Origin: Podospora anserina
Taxonomy: Eukaryota
Length of the DNA: 64,000 nt
Assembly: GCA_017654855.1 (NCBI GenBank)
Contig: CM030336.1
Span: forward strand, 1,240,001-1,304,000
Direction of reading: 5' to 3'
Positions 38,038 to 49,421 of this stretch are shown piece by piece. The position numbers and the translations under genes are program-made. Under the pieces are notes generated by a model that searched no databases, was not told the origin of the DNA, and saw only the letters and a list, made by a program, of their open reading frames with translations. Position 1 is the first letter of the stretch, and each line of letters opens with the position of its first letter.

Positions 38038-40593
38038 ATGCCCGTCACAAACCTTCGCAACCCCCTAAAACGAGGCAAGGACCCTGAGCCACGAGAACCG
38101 GAGCACAGCGACCCCGAGTCACCAGAACGCAGCCCGACGGGACAGAAGAGGCCAAGACACGACCCAACCTCACCCCTCTGCGCAGAATGTCAAGCCTTCG
38201 ACCTCGACAACTACTTCGACAAAGCCCCTTCAGTTCTCGAAGCATGGCGTAATGGAGAGCTGAAAGCTGGGGTGAAACCCCGCAGCACCCCAGTTCGAGC
38301 AAAGGATGGGTCTTGGTACTTTGAAGACGCAGTACCTATCCATTATTTCGAAGACCGACTGAAGCCAGACACAAAGTGCCCTTTATGCCAGCTCTTCCGG
38401 CAAATGAGGGTGCAGCCAGACAAGCACGAAAAGTACAAGCTGCTTGCTCTCCCTAGCAGCGAGAGCTGGCTGTTTCAAATTGACCTGTTGAAGGAATGGA
38501 AGGAGATGTGGGATAAGCTTCAAGATTCGGTCTTTATGATTGTTGTTCCTGACTTGGAGTGGCTGCCGCCGATGGGGCATGAGCATACTTGGATTGAGAA
38601 AGAGGTTCCCTCGGTGGGAATGATATGTCGGTTGCGAGCTGACGAGGCGCCTGAAGAGTTGATGCGTCCAAGGGTGTTGCGAAACGAGGTGGATTTAGGT
38701 CTCGTGCGAGACTGGCTGGATAACTGCATGAAGAAACATGGGAACGCTTGTAGGAGCAGGACTTCAGATGATGTTGTTGAACGCGGCTTCAGGGTGATTG
38801 ACTGCGAAGCGGACCCTCCCACGGTAGAAGTCCAACCGTGGGGGGTTCCCTACGCCGCGTTGAGCTACGTGTGGGGAACAAGCCCTGAGGATCAAGTTGA
38901 ATGGCCAAGGACCGTCCTGGATGCCGTTGGTGCAACGAAGGATATCGGACTGCGATACCTTTGGGTCGACAGGCTGTGCATCAACCAGTCAGACGGTGAT
39001 GAAAAGGCCTATCTGGTCTCCAAAATGGCAGCCATCTATGAGGCAGCTGAAGTAACCATTGTCGCCGCGGCCGGCAACGGTGCCGGTCACGGTCTTCCGG
39101 GTATTCGGGACACCCCCCGAAGACCACAGCCACACTACACTCTTGACAGCGGGAACGCTCTAGTCTCGACTCTTCGAGATCCGCGCCGTGACATTCTCGA
39201 ATCAAGCCACTGGACGCGAGGCTGGACATACCAGGAAGGTATCCTCTCCAACAGACGCATCGTCTTTACCGAACATCAAGTCTACTGGGAATGTCGAAAC
39301 ATGGCTGCTCAAGAGAGTATCGACACTAAGCTCTTTCACAGATTCTCACAAGTTGAAGAGCTTGCCGACGATGACGGGGCGGCCAATAGCAAAGTTCTCT
39401 GGAAAGAGCGAGAAGATGAAGAGCTTGTCATGGCCGACTTCATGCTAGGCGGGATCTTCAAAGGTGACGCTTCGAGCGGAGGCCCATTCTGTAGCACCGA
39501 AGGTTCCGTCCATACCGGGGGGGACGATCCATACCGTCTGGACTATGGCTTCCCGCCGCACCTCAGCGCCACCCTCCGTGCGCAACTCCGCGGACTTAAC
39601 GAGCACATTCGGGCGTACTCCCACCGGAGGTTGACCCACGGTACAGATTCCCTGCCAGCGTTTTTGGGAATCACCAGCATGTACAGACGCTTCCCTGAGC
39701 TTTACCTCCTCCACGGCCTGCCTCTCTACCTCGACGGCAGTGTCCCAGCCTGTTCCACCACGCAAGTTACTTTTGCCATGTCAGCGAGCGGGTGGTATCA
39801 CCGGAGCAGTATACAGCCAGAAACAACATTCATCTCAGAGCCTTGCTCTCGAAGGCCACACCTTCCGTCATGGACCTGGGCAGGATGGGAGGGGCCTGTT
39901 TCCTGGCGGGCTCCTCCCGCTATCGAGCACTGTTCCAACATGACGGACATGATTGACGCCATCTCGGCGAAGCAGCCCCCCCATCCCCTCTGGGTAGCGG
40001 AATTTCACGTCTTCAACTCGGCGCCTTTAGCAGAGAATAACATGCCTGCACGAACGGTGAGGCTGAGGGAATGCCATTCTGGTGAAGCTCTCGATGCAGA
40101 ACAGCCAGATGCGATTGTGCTCCAAAATCCGTATGTGCTGAAGTATTCCACACGACATCCAGTTAGCGAAAGCAAGAAGAAATGGGATTGGACAGCCAGG
40201 GCGGGCAGGGTGGGCAGCAGGTCAGTTCAGTCTGACCAGAATGTTCCGTGGGATACGAAACAGTATCGGATTGCTGGGAGACTGTCCTTTGTTGCTATGA
40301 GTGTGGAAATGACGGAGGAGGAGTGGACAAAAAAGCACTTTGACGGGGAGCTGGTGAGTGTTTTGATGTATGCGACCAGGTGGAATCCTGAAGAGCAGAG
40401 TGGCCATGGAGGGGCGCATTTCATGACGTTGAGAAAAGTGAGGAGTTTCAGGGGTCGTACTTCGATTTGGGAGAGGGTCGGGGTGCTTTACTTGGTGATT
40501 CCCAAGGTCTCGCTGGACAAGTGTGTGACGAGGGATGACTTGTTAAGGCAGGCTCCGGTGGAGAGACGGGAGATGACTGTTATTATCGAGTGA
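38038..40593 (+). CDS. HET-domain protein
   Basis: FRVIDC, YAALSYVWG, PRTVLDA, YLWVDRLCINQ, WTRGWTYQE, LPSWTWAGW; N-terminal CxxC pairs. Intronless 851 aa. Confidence 0.93.
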   Translation: MPVTNLRNPLKRGKDPEPREPEHSDPESPERSPTGQKRPRHDPTSPLCAECQAFDLDNYFDKAPSVLEAWRNGELKAGVKPRSTPVRAKDGSWYFEDAVPIHYFEDRLKPDTKCPLCQLFRQMRVQPDKHEKYKLLALPSSESWLFQIDLLKEWKEMWDKLQDSVFMIVVPDLEWLPPMGHEHTWIEKEVPSVGMICRLRADEAPEELMRPRVLRNEVDLGLVRDWLDNCMKKHGNACRSRTSDDVVERGFRVIDCEADPPTVEVQPWGVPYAALSYVWGTSPEDQVEWPRTVLDAVGATKDIGLRYLWVDRLCINQSDGDEKAYLVSKMAAIYEAAEVTIVAAAGNGAGHGLPGIRDTPRRPQPHYTLDSGNALVSTLRDPRRDILESSHWTRGWTYQEGILSNRRIVFTEHQVYWECRNMAAQESIDTKLFHRFSQVEELADDDGAANSKVLWKEREDEELVMADFMLGGIFKGDASSGGPFCSTEGSVHTGGDDPYRLDYGFPPHLSATLRAQLRGLNEHIRAYSHRRLTHGTDSLPAFLGITSMYRRFPELYLLHGLPLYLDGSVPACSTTQVTFAMSASGWYHRSSIQPETTFISEPCSRRPHLPSWTWAGWEGPVSWRAPPAIEHCSNMTDMIDAISAKQPPHPLWVAEFHVFNSAPLAENNMPARTVRLRECHSGEALDAEQPDAIVLQNPYVLKYSTRHPVSESKKKWDWTARAGRVGSRSVQSDQNVPWDTKQYRIAGRLSFVAMSVEMTEEEWTKKHFDGELVSVLMYATRWNPEEQSGHGGAHFMTLRKVRSFRGRTSIWERVGVLYLVIPKVSLDKCVTRDDLLRQAPVERREMTVIIE

Positions 40594-40897
40594 GCATCAA
40601 GGGCACATTGAGCCTTAGGCGAGGCAGGTGTCGACATGTGAATATCGTGCTGAGGAGAAGCATTTGCTGTTTTCAGACTCGTTCCAAGGTTGCTCTTTAG
40701 TGTGGAGTCGATAGATGTTTGCCGTGCAACGGTATGTCACTCCCTCACGATGATTGGCCCACAGTTCAGATCTCGGCGGGATCCACTTCGTGAAGGGGAT
40801 ATTAGAAATGTTTTCTTTTTTCCCACGGAACTATCACTTGGCATGCCACTGAATCTTCCAAATTGTTTACATTTTGTTCAACATTTACAATTCTCTT

Positions 40898-41957
40898 ATG
40901 AAATTTCCCGGGATCCTGAAGAGAAGGCTCATTCCGGCCACCCGACTCAGATTCACAGGCCACATGCAAACAATAATTCGAAACATGGGAGACCTGAATA
41001 ACACAGAGGCGATGAGGGAGCATGTGAAGCCGGCCCATGACTCCACGTACGAGTTCAAATCCTTTGCAATCCGTCCCTGCGATGAAGACCAGGACATACG
41101 CAAGCGGTACCGTCCGTTCCTTTTGAGCGATGAAATCTCCGAGTCAGATTGGGTGTCGAAGCTCGAATTGGCCACAGCGGCGAAAATGGTCGACACTGAG
41201 CTGCTCGTTCAAAATAAGGACAGGCTAAAGATCCTCGTGCTCTACGGAAGTCTTCGGGCGCGGTCAGTTGCTTTTTTTTATAAGAGTCTACCGATGGATA
41301 CGCATTAGCTGACAATTATCAGATCATTCTCCAAGCTTCTTGCGTACGAGGCTTCACGCATTCTCTTCCGCCTCGGCTGTGATGTAAGAGTGTACGATCC
41401 AGCGGGTCTCCCAGTCAAGGATGATGAGCAGCACGACCATCCCAAAGTGCGTGAGCTTCGGGAGCTTAGCAAGTGGAGTGACGGGCATGTCTGGATCAGT
41501 CCCGAACAACACGGGAACTTAGTACGACTCCTCCCACAAAGATTCTGGGTAGATTTTCTGGCTAACTCTTGCATAGACCGCCGTCTTCAAGAACCAGATC
41601 GACTGGATCCCACTCTCAACCGGCTCTGTCCGACCCACTCAGGGGAGGACCTTGGCTATTGCGCAGGTCAATGGCGGTTCCCAGTCGTTCAACGCCGTCA
41701 ACTCTCTGCGTATTCTGGGCCGTTGGATGAGAATGTTTACCATTCCAAACCAGAGTTCCATCCCGCAAGCATGGACGCACTTTACGGATGCCAATGATCC
41801 TGTGGATGGGGGAAACCGACTGAAGCCAAGCTCCAACAGGGATAGGCTGGTGGATTGCATGGAGGAGCTGGTCAAGTACACCATTGTTATGCGGCCACAC
41901 TTTGATCTCTTTGGGGACCGGTTCAGCGAGAGGGAAGAGGCAAAGGTTAAAAAGTGA
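40898..41957 (+). CDS. arsH: ArsH arsenical-resistance NADPH-dependent FMN reductase, 3 exons
   Basis: [29 protein letters not shown]...[30 protein letters not shown]. Introns about 41263-41322 and 41522-41576. Confidence 0.92.
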
Positions 41958-42463
41958 ACAACGCCCTTTGCGGTTTGATTTGTCTTGTTGGGAATTACCT
42001 AGGTACGTATCAGAACAACCAAAAGTGATGCAGGTAGCTAAACTCAGGAAAACCCGACGGTTTAGACTTGAGCCGTCTTTCTGTGCCACAGCAATCTCTC
42101 ACCAAAGACTGTAAATATTGGCCGTTGTTGCTTAATGTCCTGACCCAACCTTACATCTCCGCAATTCACTGACCTCTTGTTTAGCGACCCGATCAGCGTT
42201 ACCACTGTCTCATCCCCAGGCCTTCCCCATCTCGTCTACCTACAATGGGCTCTTCTTATGTTGGTTTGGCTGGAATCTCTTCTTCCGAGCGTTAACTTTG
42301 TTCCCGCCGCCGGCTTGCTCGGTCTGGTTTTTGACTGATTGGTCCTCGGGTTTGCGCTTCTTGACAGGTCCACCTACCTGTGTTCACAACGATAGCAGTG
42401 CCACCAACACTGTTGCCGTCCCCAGAAATTCCAGCACGACTGAAGTTGTCCACATTTCTAGCT

Positions 42464-42851
42464 CTAAGGCGAAAAGTTCATAAGTTCCTGAGCAGTATCC
42501 TGGCCCATTGCCACTCGCTCCAATGCAGCTATCCACTCCTCGAGATTATTCTTCAGACCTTCGTCCGTTTTAATATTCCCGCGGCTGAAAGCTTCCCGAT
42601 GAGGACCTAGAAATGATTTGAATGGATATTTTCTCTCGTGGCGTTTAAAGGGTCCATTGTCGGCGATGTCCCTTGCGAAGTAAGGTTCTCGAGTATTAGG
42701 TTGAGGGACGAATGAGTTTGAACCGGGACATACAACGTACCTGACACATCGGGCAACGATTTATTGATTCGCCGTATGTAGAGCAATACCCTTTAGCTTT
42801 ACACTTGGCATAATCCTGCCCGGTATTGGCGCACTGACAGTGGTAGGGCAT
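42464..42851 (-). pseudogene. Cys-motif family copy A (frameshifted)
   Basis: MPYHCQCANTGQDYAKCKAKGYCSTYGESINRCPMCQ then GTACGT. The +1 frame continues YVVC...NNLEEWIAALERVAMGQDTAQEL. No in-frame acceptor found. Confidence 0.6.
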
Positions 42852-43316
42852 ATCGGCGTTGTGGTATTGGATGCTTCCGGTGTCTGTTTTGAAGTGATGG
42901 TGACGGAAAAGGTCGCGGGTGTTGGACTTGCCTTGAATTAAATAGTAGAAAGACAATAGCACGTGTTATTGCTGGTGACAGCATCAGAGACACGCGAGAC
43001 GTTCTGAAACAGGCCTCACGGTGGTCGTAAGGGAATTTCATGGCGTATGACCATGGCTTACTTCGGATTAACTCACCAGATGGGTAATCGATGGGATGGA
43101 AAGGTTCCAGTGTTGAAAGACTAAGCTGAGAAGTTGTCAATCGCGGTAAGCAGTGGGGGACTGACTTTTATCACGCCTGTGTGGGGTCACAATAACTTTT
43201 CCTTTAACTCTCTAAGCCTTTGATTTACCACATTACAAGCCCATATTAGTCTGCTTCCTGTATCATCCTCTTCCCCCAGCCCTTTGCTATGATCACCGGT
43301 GATGCCTTAGGCTTTC

Positions 43317-43992
43317 TTACTGTCCCCGGCTCTCTACATCAGGGCTGCCCAATGTCATCGCACCCATGGCCTTCTCCACCTCCCCAGAGCCATCAAGCTC
43401 GTTGTCATTGCCAGCAGTCTTCTCCTCACTGCCAGTGGTCCCATCAGGGTTGTTTGTCTTGGGAGGACTATCAGGGTGGTAGAAGCTCGTCTCCTCAGTC
43501 GCCACCGACATCAGTGAATCCAAGTATTCTTCTTGCTTCCTCTCCAGGTTCTCTTTGTAGCTGATGTCGGGGCGGCTCTACTGCTTCTCATCATGCCAAT
43601 TGTACTGAGGAAAACCACAACCAGTGTCTTTGGCGCGCTGAAGTGGGCGGGTGCCGGGAACAAAGTTATCCTGCTTTCCCCAGGCCCGATGGATGCTCAT
43701 ACCAGGTGGAGGAATGTCGGTTGGATAGTCCTCCTCTTCGGTGCCGGGGGTGGGTTCAAAGGAACTGGATGGTACGGATGGAATGGCGTATTTATTCTCG
43801 AGGAGGACGGGGCCACAGTTGGCGACCTATTGAAAGTCTTGTCAGCGTCGTGTTCTTCGGGTCGTGAAAGACAAGACATACCCGGCAGTGGTGACAGCGG
43901 TTGAGGTAGAAGTGTGCTCCGACACAGGTCTCCTGAGCTTTGCAATGCCTCCATTGCCCGAGGGCACGGCATTGACAACGATATCCCGACAT
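43317..43992 (-). pseudogene. Cys-motif family copy B (one in-frame TAG)
   Basis: Exon 1 MSGYRCQC...NRCHHCR; intron 43827-43881 (GTATGT/GCTGAC/TAG); exon 2 VANC... with TAG at 43578-43580, frame open to 43317. Confidence 0.7.
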
Positions 43993-44539
43993 TTTGTCAG
44001 AACTTGTCAGTGGAGGATGTGTGAAAGAAATTGAAGATGATGGCCGACTTTGTTTCAGTCCATGGGGTCGAAAAAGGAGGTGAGAATCTGACAGTGTGAT
44101 TCGGGACAAGGTTGGCATCAGATAACAACAACAAAAAGTATCTGTCGACTTGGGAGTCGCCTGCAAAACAAGGCTTCACAGCGGCAGACGGTAGCTCTCC
44201 CTGCCTGATAGCAGAACCTCACCGCGGGGTCTGCTTGGGTGTAGGCTGTTGTGGGTTCGAAAAGTAACTCGAACCAATGAGCGTGCCATAGCTCAGGTTG
44301 ACTCTGAAAAGCAGCAGTCCCAAGGCAGCAGCAGGGTCTGAAGACGTCTGCTGGCATGCCCAAGGTGCACGTGCCTCTGGCACACCAGTCAACAGGGCAG
44401 AGCAAGATAATCACAGCTTAGGTGCAATGTTCCTAAAATGTCTCCAAATAAACTGCATTTTCTGTGTTCTCAGCTACCTAACCGCGTGCCCAGGACCTGC
44501 TTGGCATTCAACCTATCTGGCCCATTGCCCTCCTCCAAA

Positions 44540-45018
44540 TTACTTCTTCTGGTTCTGGTACGGGTGACAAAAGCTCGTTTTGCCCTTGTACCCATCCATT
44601 ATATAGTCAGCATAAGCCTTCCTCTGTTCCAGGCTGTCATTGTTGGGATATGGAACACCGAGCAAGCTCTGGCTTCCGTTGGGAACAATGTCCCCTTAAG
44701 TTGTCCCGTGAGCCTGTCCGCCGCTATTACTGCCTTGAGCTGCGAGGTATGGCGACCAGGACGAGGTGTTACTGGCATGCGTGTTATTGGCATGGTTGGT
44801 GAAAGTGTAGGCCGGTTGCTGAGTTTGGTGAGACGACGGGGCGACATAACAGGTAACCTATTGTTGAGAGAATTAGTACCAGCTCACTTGGAGACCTTTC
44901 AGGACAGCTTGTCGTTAATTACCTGGCACTTCCCACACAAGCTGGAAGTATTGTGCCATTGCTGGCATTGCTGGGCTCTGCAGGAGCTGGGGCTTGCGCG
45001 GCATTTGCAAGTAGGTAT
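44540..45018 (-). pseudogene. Cys-motif family copy C (ATA start, in-frame TAA)
   Basis: (I)PTCKCRASPSSCRAQQCQQWHNTSSLCGKCQ; intron 44858-44922 (GTAATT/ACTAAT/TAG); exon 2 VTC... TAA 44696-44698 ...LEQRKAYADYIMDGYKGKTSFCHP. Confidence 0.7.
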
Positions 45019-45536
45019 TTTGATAGCCGTGCTTCGTGGTGTAAAGTGTGTTGGATTTATCGCTTGTGTCGAGCCCAACGGTAGAAGCTGTGGAGGTTGA
45101 TGGCTTGCTGAAACAACCAGAGAAAGTTGTCTGCTCGGTGCCATTATATCTTAGTTCCACCATGGTAATCTGAATCACGATCTATTTTCAGTGACCACTG
45201 ACAACTCATACTTAAGATACGCATGTATTCATGTTGAGCCATGTGCAGTTCTTCGAGATAAACCTCGTTACCCTATCCTGATCACAGCTATTCCCAACTG
45301 ACTACTTATAAAACTCTGAATAAACAAGACTTGTTTGTGGAGCCAGGATGTGCAGCTTTAAGCCTACCAGTCATAAGTTATAAGAAAGAGGATCACGCGT
45401 GAAAGAAAGTGTCATGAATCGTCAACGTAGAGAAGAAAAGCCAGTGTACAATCTTCATCAACACACCTCTGAAATAAACACAACTCCATTCCCAAAGAAA
45501 CCCCAGTGACGACTCTATCAAGACATCCGTGCACCT

Positions 45537-46075
45537 TCATTTCTTATCACCATCCTTCATTGTCAAGTCTCTCTGTCTTTCCGCTTCATGCTCTCTCATG
45601 GCCTGATCCAACCGCTCCACCACCTCGGATGCAGAGGCCTTTCCCAGCGCAATAGCTGCCATAGCCTCGATGTAGGACTGGAATCCAATCTGATAGTCCT
45701 GCGGTGCCCGCACCTTGACGAGGTTCACATGGCCCACCAGCATGTCACGGCTGTAGTTGGCGAATGGGGGTGACATTGCCCGATATCCATCAAATCCGCC
45801 TCTGGGAGAGACGGGTGACTTGTTGAACTGGCATCTGTTGTCCTGTGTAGCTGTTAGAAACGATTCTTATGTATCTTTCAATAACATTACGTCGGATATA
45901 ATAAAAACATTCAGGGTTGATCAAAAACGCGACATGATGGATGAAGCTGGATGGAATGGGCAGGTCATACGCGACACCCCTCACAATAGAGTTCTTTATC
46001 GTGCCAGACAGCACAGTTCAGCGACGACCGGCAGTTCGGCTTCAAGTCAACATTCTGGCACCGGCACAGTGGCAT
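45537..46075 (-). CDS. Cys-motif family copy D (apparently intact, about 136 aa)
   Basis: Exon 1 MPLCRCQNVDLKPNCRSSLNCAVWHDKELYCEGCR; intron 45843-45970 (GTATGA/CTAAC/CAG); exon 2 DNRC... splices in frame into ORF 45537-45776. Confidence 0.75.
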
Positions 46076-46807
46076 GTTTTATTCTGGTTCTGACGCGATA
46101 GATATGAGCTGCTGGTGATGGTGAACGGGGGCAGCCTGGTCATTATGGTATTGATGAGGAGAGTTGCCGACGCGCGAAATTCGAGAGCCTCAGCGGTTAA
46201 GGCAGAGTCCTACTTAGATGCAGTTTCTGTCAAGCTGAGGAGGCAACATGGGCTGCACCGCCTCCCGCCACACGAATTGTGGGTGGCCTTTGCCTGTGTG
46301 TGTGTGACCAACAAATGCACGTGCAGCTGGACCTGTGCGCGCCCCTTTAATAAAAGTGGGAAGACAGGCAGTCCTGCCAAGGTAATAAACGTGGAGGCAG
46401 TTCGGTGAGGCTTGCTTACGAAAATAGTATATCTCACCAAAATGCACATTCAGGCTTGACTCTTGGGCTCAGACACGGCTACTATGATGAGCTGTCATGA
46501 ATCACAAAGGCGACAGATCAATTACCAGGGGGTTGGGCAGTCAGGCTTAGCTGCGGCGGCAGGTCGGTTAAATAGGTACCTCATCATTCATCCTGGCAAA
46601 GTCCACATTCATAAATGCAAAGGTCAGGTTGTTGAATATGGCTGCTTTTTAGAAACCAAGTCCATTTTCAAGTAGGTAAGGTAAGGCAATTTGCGCTGTA
46701 AGGGCATCCACAATATGCCCCTCTGAACCCCTGAATGGCTCTCTGACCCTATGCTGAACTCCACTCTTGTTCAGCATTCCATACACCAATACCTAACTCA
46801 CTCTACC

Positions 46808-47110
46808 TTATTTTTGGCTTGAGTTTCCGTCGGATGTTCCTGCATCTTGGTTCGCGGGAGTTTTATCCTCCTGTCCCTTTGCCTGCTTTTTTGCCTCTCT
46901 TTTCGCCATCATCTTTGGACCTAGACGTTCGCCTTCTTCTCCACTACCCACCCAATTTTCATGTGGACCAGTGCCACCAGTGCTACCATCTGAACTGCCT
47001 CCGTTGTCTATGTTTCCCAACTTCCTAGCTTTGTTGTGACGGACGAGAGGGACGTTGAAGTTCTGGTTAATGTTGAATCCTTGACTTGGATGCAGTGTCA
47101 TGGGCTTCAA
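46808..47110 (-). other. Low-complexity ORF, possible relic tail
   Basis: Gly/Ser/charged 100-aa frame with TTG start, located about one array period upstream of copy D. No Cys exon found. Confidence 0.2.
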
Positions 47111-48129
47111 AGAATCTGGGGATCAGAGCCTATCCTCTCTATTTATCTACCATGCGAACAAAGGGTCGCTGTGGATTGGCCGAAAGTGATATTAAAATCT
47201 TGTTCTTTATTCGATCCTATCACACTTACGAGGACATCCCAAGGCCATTGCCAACAGTATTTCGCAATCCATTCCCACCAAGTATGTGTGCACCAATGAG
47301 TAAGATGGTAAGTGGGATTTCTTCAAGGCTCCGATGTGCCTTTCATCGTGTGCGTTGTTCAACCGTTGACAAAAGCCAAGGCTGGTTGGAATGCACAAAG
47401 GAACGCTAGACTCAAAGCAACTGTTTGGTTGTCAGCAATCATCCCTGACTGCTTGCTGAGATCCATGGTGGCGCCACTTGGTATACACCACCAACATCGA
47501 ATGGAATGTTACATGTAGAGTTGAGGAGGAGGCCAGCCAGCTGCCACAGACTCACAGGACTTGCAGCTGTTTGAGATTCACTGCCCTAGCTTTGAAGAAA
47601 TTGGGTCGTAGGTGCCTACAGATTTCATAGTAGAGCCAACTTGGTCAATGCCCTCAGAATGCTCGCGACTTGAGATGGCAGTTAGTACTAAGCATAGGTA
47701 CCTAAGGTACCTTACCATGAGATATTCGAATCACTTCCAAATTCCAGTTCCAGACCAGGTAGTCTTTGAGGCATGTGAATAATCTTTCCATCGCCTTGAC
47801 AGACATGGGTATCTACCTACCTGAAGGTCTCTCGACTTGAATTTTCAGTGGAAGAAGCTAGCCGGTAACTGCTGAGGAGTGTAGCTTCCTTACTGGTAGG
47901 CCATAGACTTAACCTACCGACAGTGAAACTCGGTGCTTCCTGTTTGCCAAGGTGCCTCATATTCACTCTGCAGACCGGGTGACGTAACAGCCACCTCATG
48001 GGCTTTGCCCAACAGATCACCACCAAACCTCAACTGAGCCATTGAACTTTTACATCAATGCCTAGGAAAAGTACCCATCATTCGTAAGCTTGCATCTTAC
48101 ATCATCTCGTTTTACACCCCATCGTCAAG

Positions 48130-48898
48130 ATGCCAGTGCTCATATCGCGCACAACCTGTTACTGCAAGCAGACCAAGTTCGCAAAATGCAAGTCACCTGG
48201 CAAATGCACTGGAGGGACCCTGAATAGGCATTCAAACTGTCTAGGGAAGCGGGCGCACGCCTCTACTTCATGCGTCGCATTCCTATGTGCTGCGTAAGCC
48301 CTCATGCTATCCTTGATTTCCAGCTTGATTGATCTGACTTTGACTGACATGTTGCCCACGACAGGATACTTGTCCTGTGCCCAGAATCGAAGGCGTGCCT
48401 GACTGGATGAGGGCCATATCTGAAGGGAAGATCCGATCGATGAATACGCTGCCACTATCGGTAAAAAACTTGTCGGATTTTGAGGAAAGTACGGATGAAG
48501 GAACCAATGAAGACAAATACGGTATCAACATCTATGGCGAAGTTGCTACAGGGACAAAGAGCTAGGATCAGTCATCCCGGGAATTTTACCAACTTCTTGA
48601 TATCGCCATGCACACGAAGGGGCTCACGGAGGGCCAAAAGATGCTCAAGGCGACCAAGGTGGAGGCGATACGGCGGGCGTGGAGGCGGATGAAGAGGAAG
48701 TTTGAAGAGGAAGAAAGGGAACGGGTGCTATATTTCACTGAGCTCCGGGAGAGACTTCCGCAGCCTCATAACCTGATGTTCAGTCCGGCGGTGGAAAGCG
48801 ACGAGATAATCTTGACGAATTACGCCGAGGCGCCGGCGTCTACTAGAGTTGACAGCGAGATCGGCACGCCCGTCTCTGGTGTGGATCAGGAGGGATAG
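48130..48898 (+). pseudogene. Cys-motif family copy E (inverted; GG donor, in-frame TAG)
   Basis: MPVLISRTTCYCKQTKFAKCKSPGKCTGGTLNRHSNCL then GGGAAG at the homologous donor position (48244). ACTGAC..CAG acceptor at 48364; exon 2 DTC... TAG 48563-48565, frame open to 48898. Confidence 0.6.
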
Positions 48899-49421
48899 CG
48901 ATACTACAGCGTACTGTGTAGTGTTTGGAATATAACATATGATGGTTTGGTGATGTCCAAAAAGTCCCTGCTTCCAATGCCGAGATTGTTTCACAGCCAA
49001 GACTGGGAAGCTATCTGATTGGCTGAGCGGCTGTCGTAGCAACGGAAGCAGGCATCCTGACGACACTTAGTGGATCGATGCACGGACCGTGACGCGCCCG
49101 CGCCCGGGAATTTTTGGCTTCTCACGGGCCACAAGAAGAAGCAAACAGCCAAGAACTCCAAGCTGAAGCATCCCGGCATCACCATCATTTGCTGCGAGAT
49201 TGACATCCCCGTATCACCGCTCTGCCCACGATTACTTGGAGTTTCCAGACGCTGCCGCCGCTTGTTTCAACGTCCCAAATACCACCAACCTTAATTGCCC
49301 CACGAGACCTGCGCCCACTGCCCCTCAATGGCTGTGTATCCGTGACCACCGCCCTTCCATCTCTGCTGGATATTACGAGAGCACATCCAGGGACGGACCC
49401 CGCGACCACCGCAATACCAAG

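Noticed and set aside
47695-47716. TAGGTACCTAAGGTACC motif recurring at about 63678 and TAGGTA/TACCTA runs elsewhere
   Set aside because: Short low-complexity intergenic motif scattered through the window, with no element structure.
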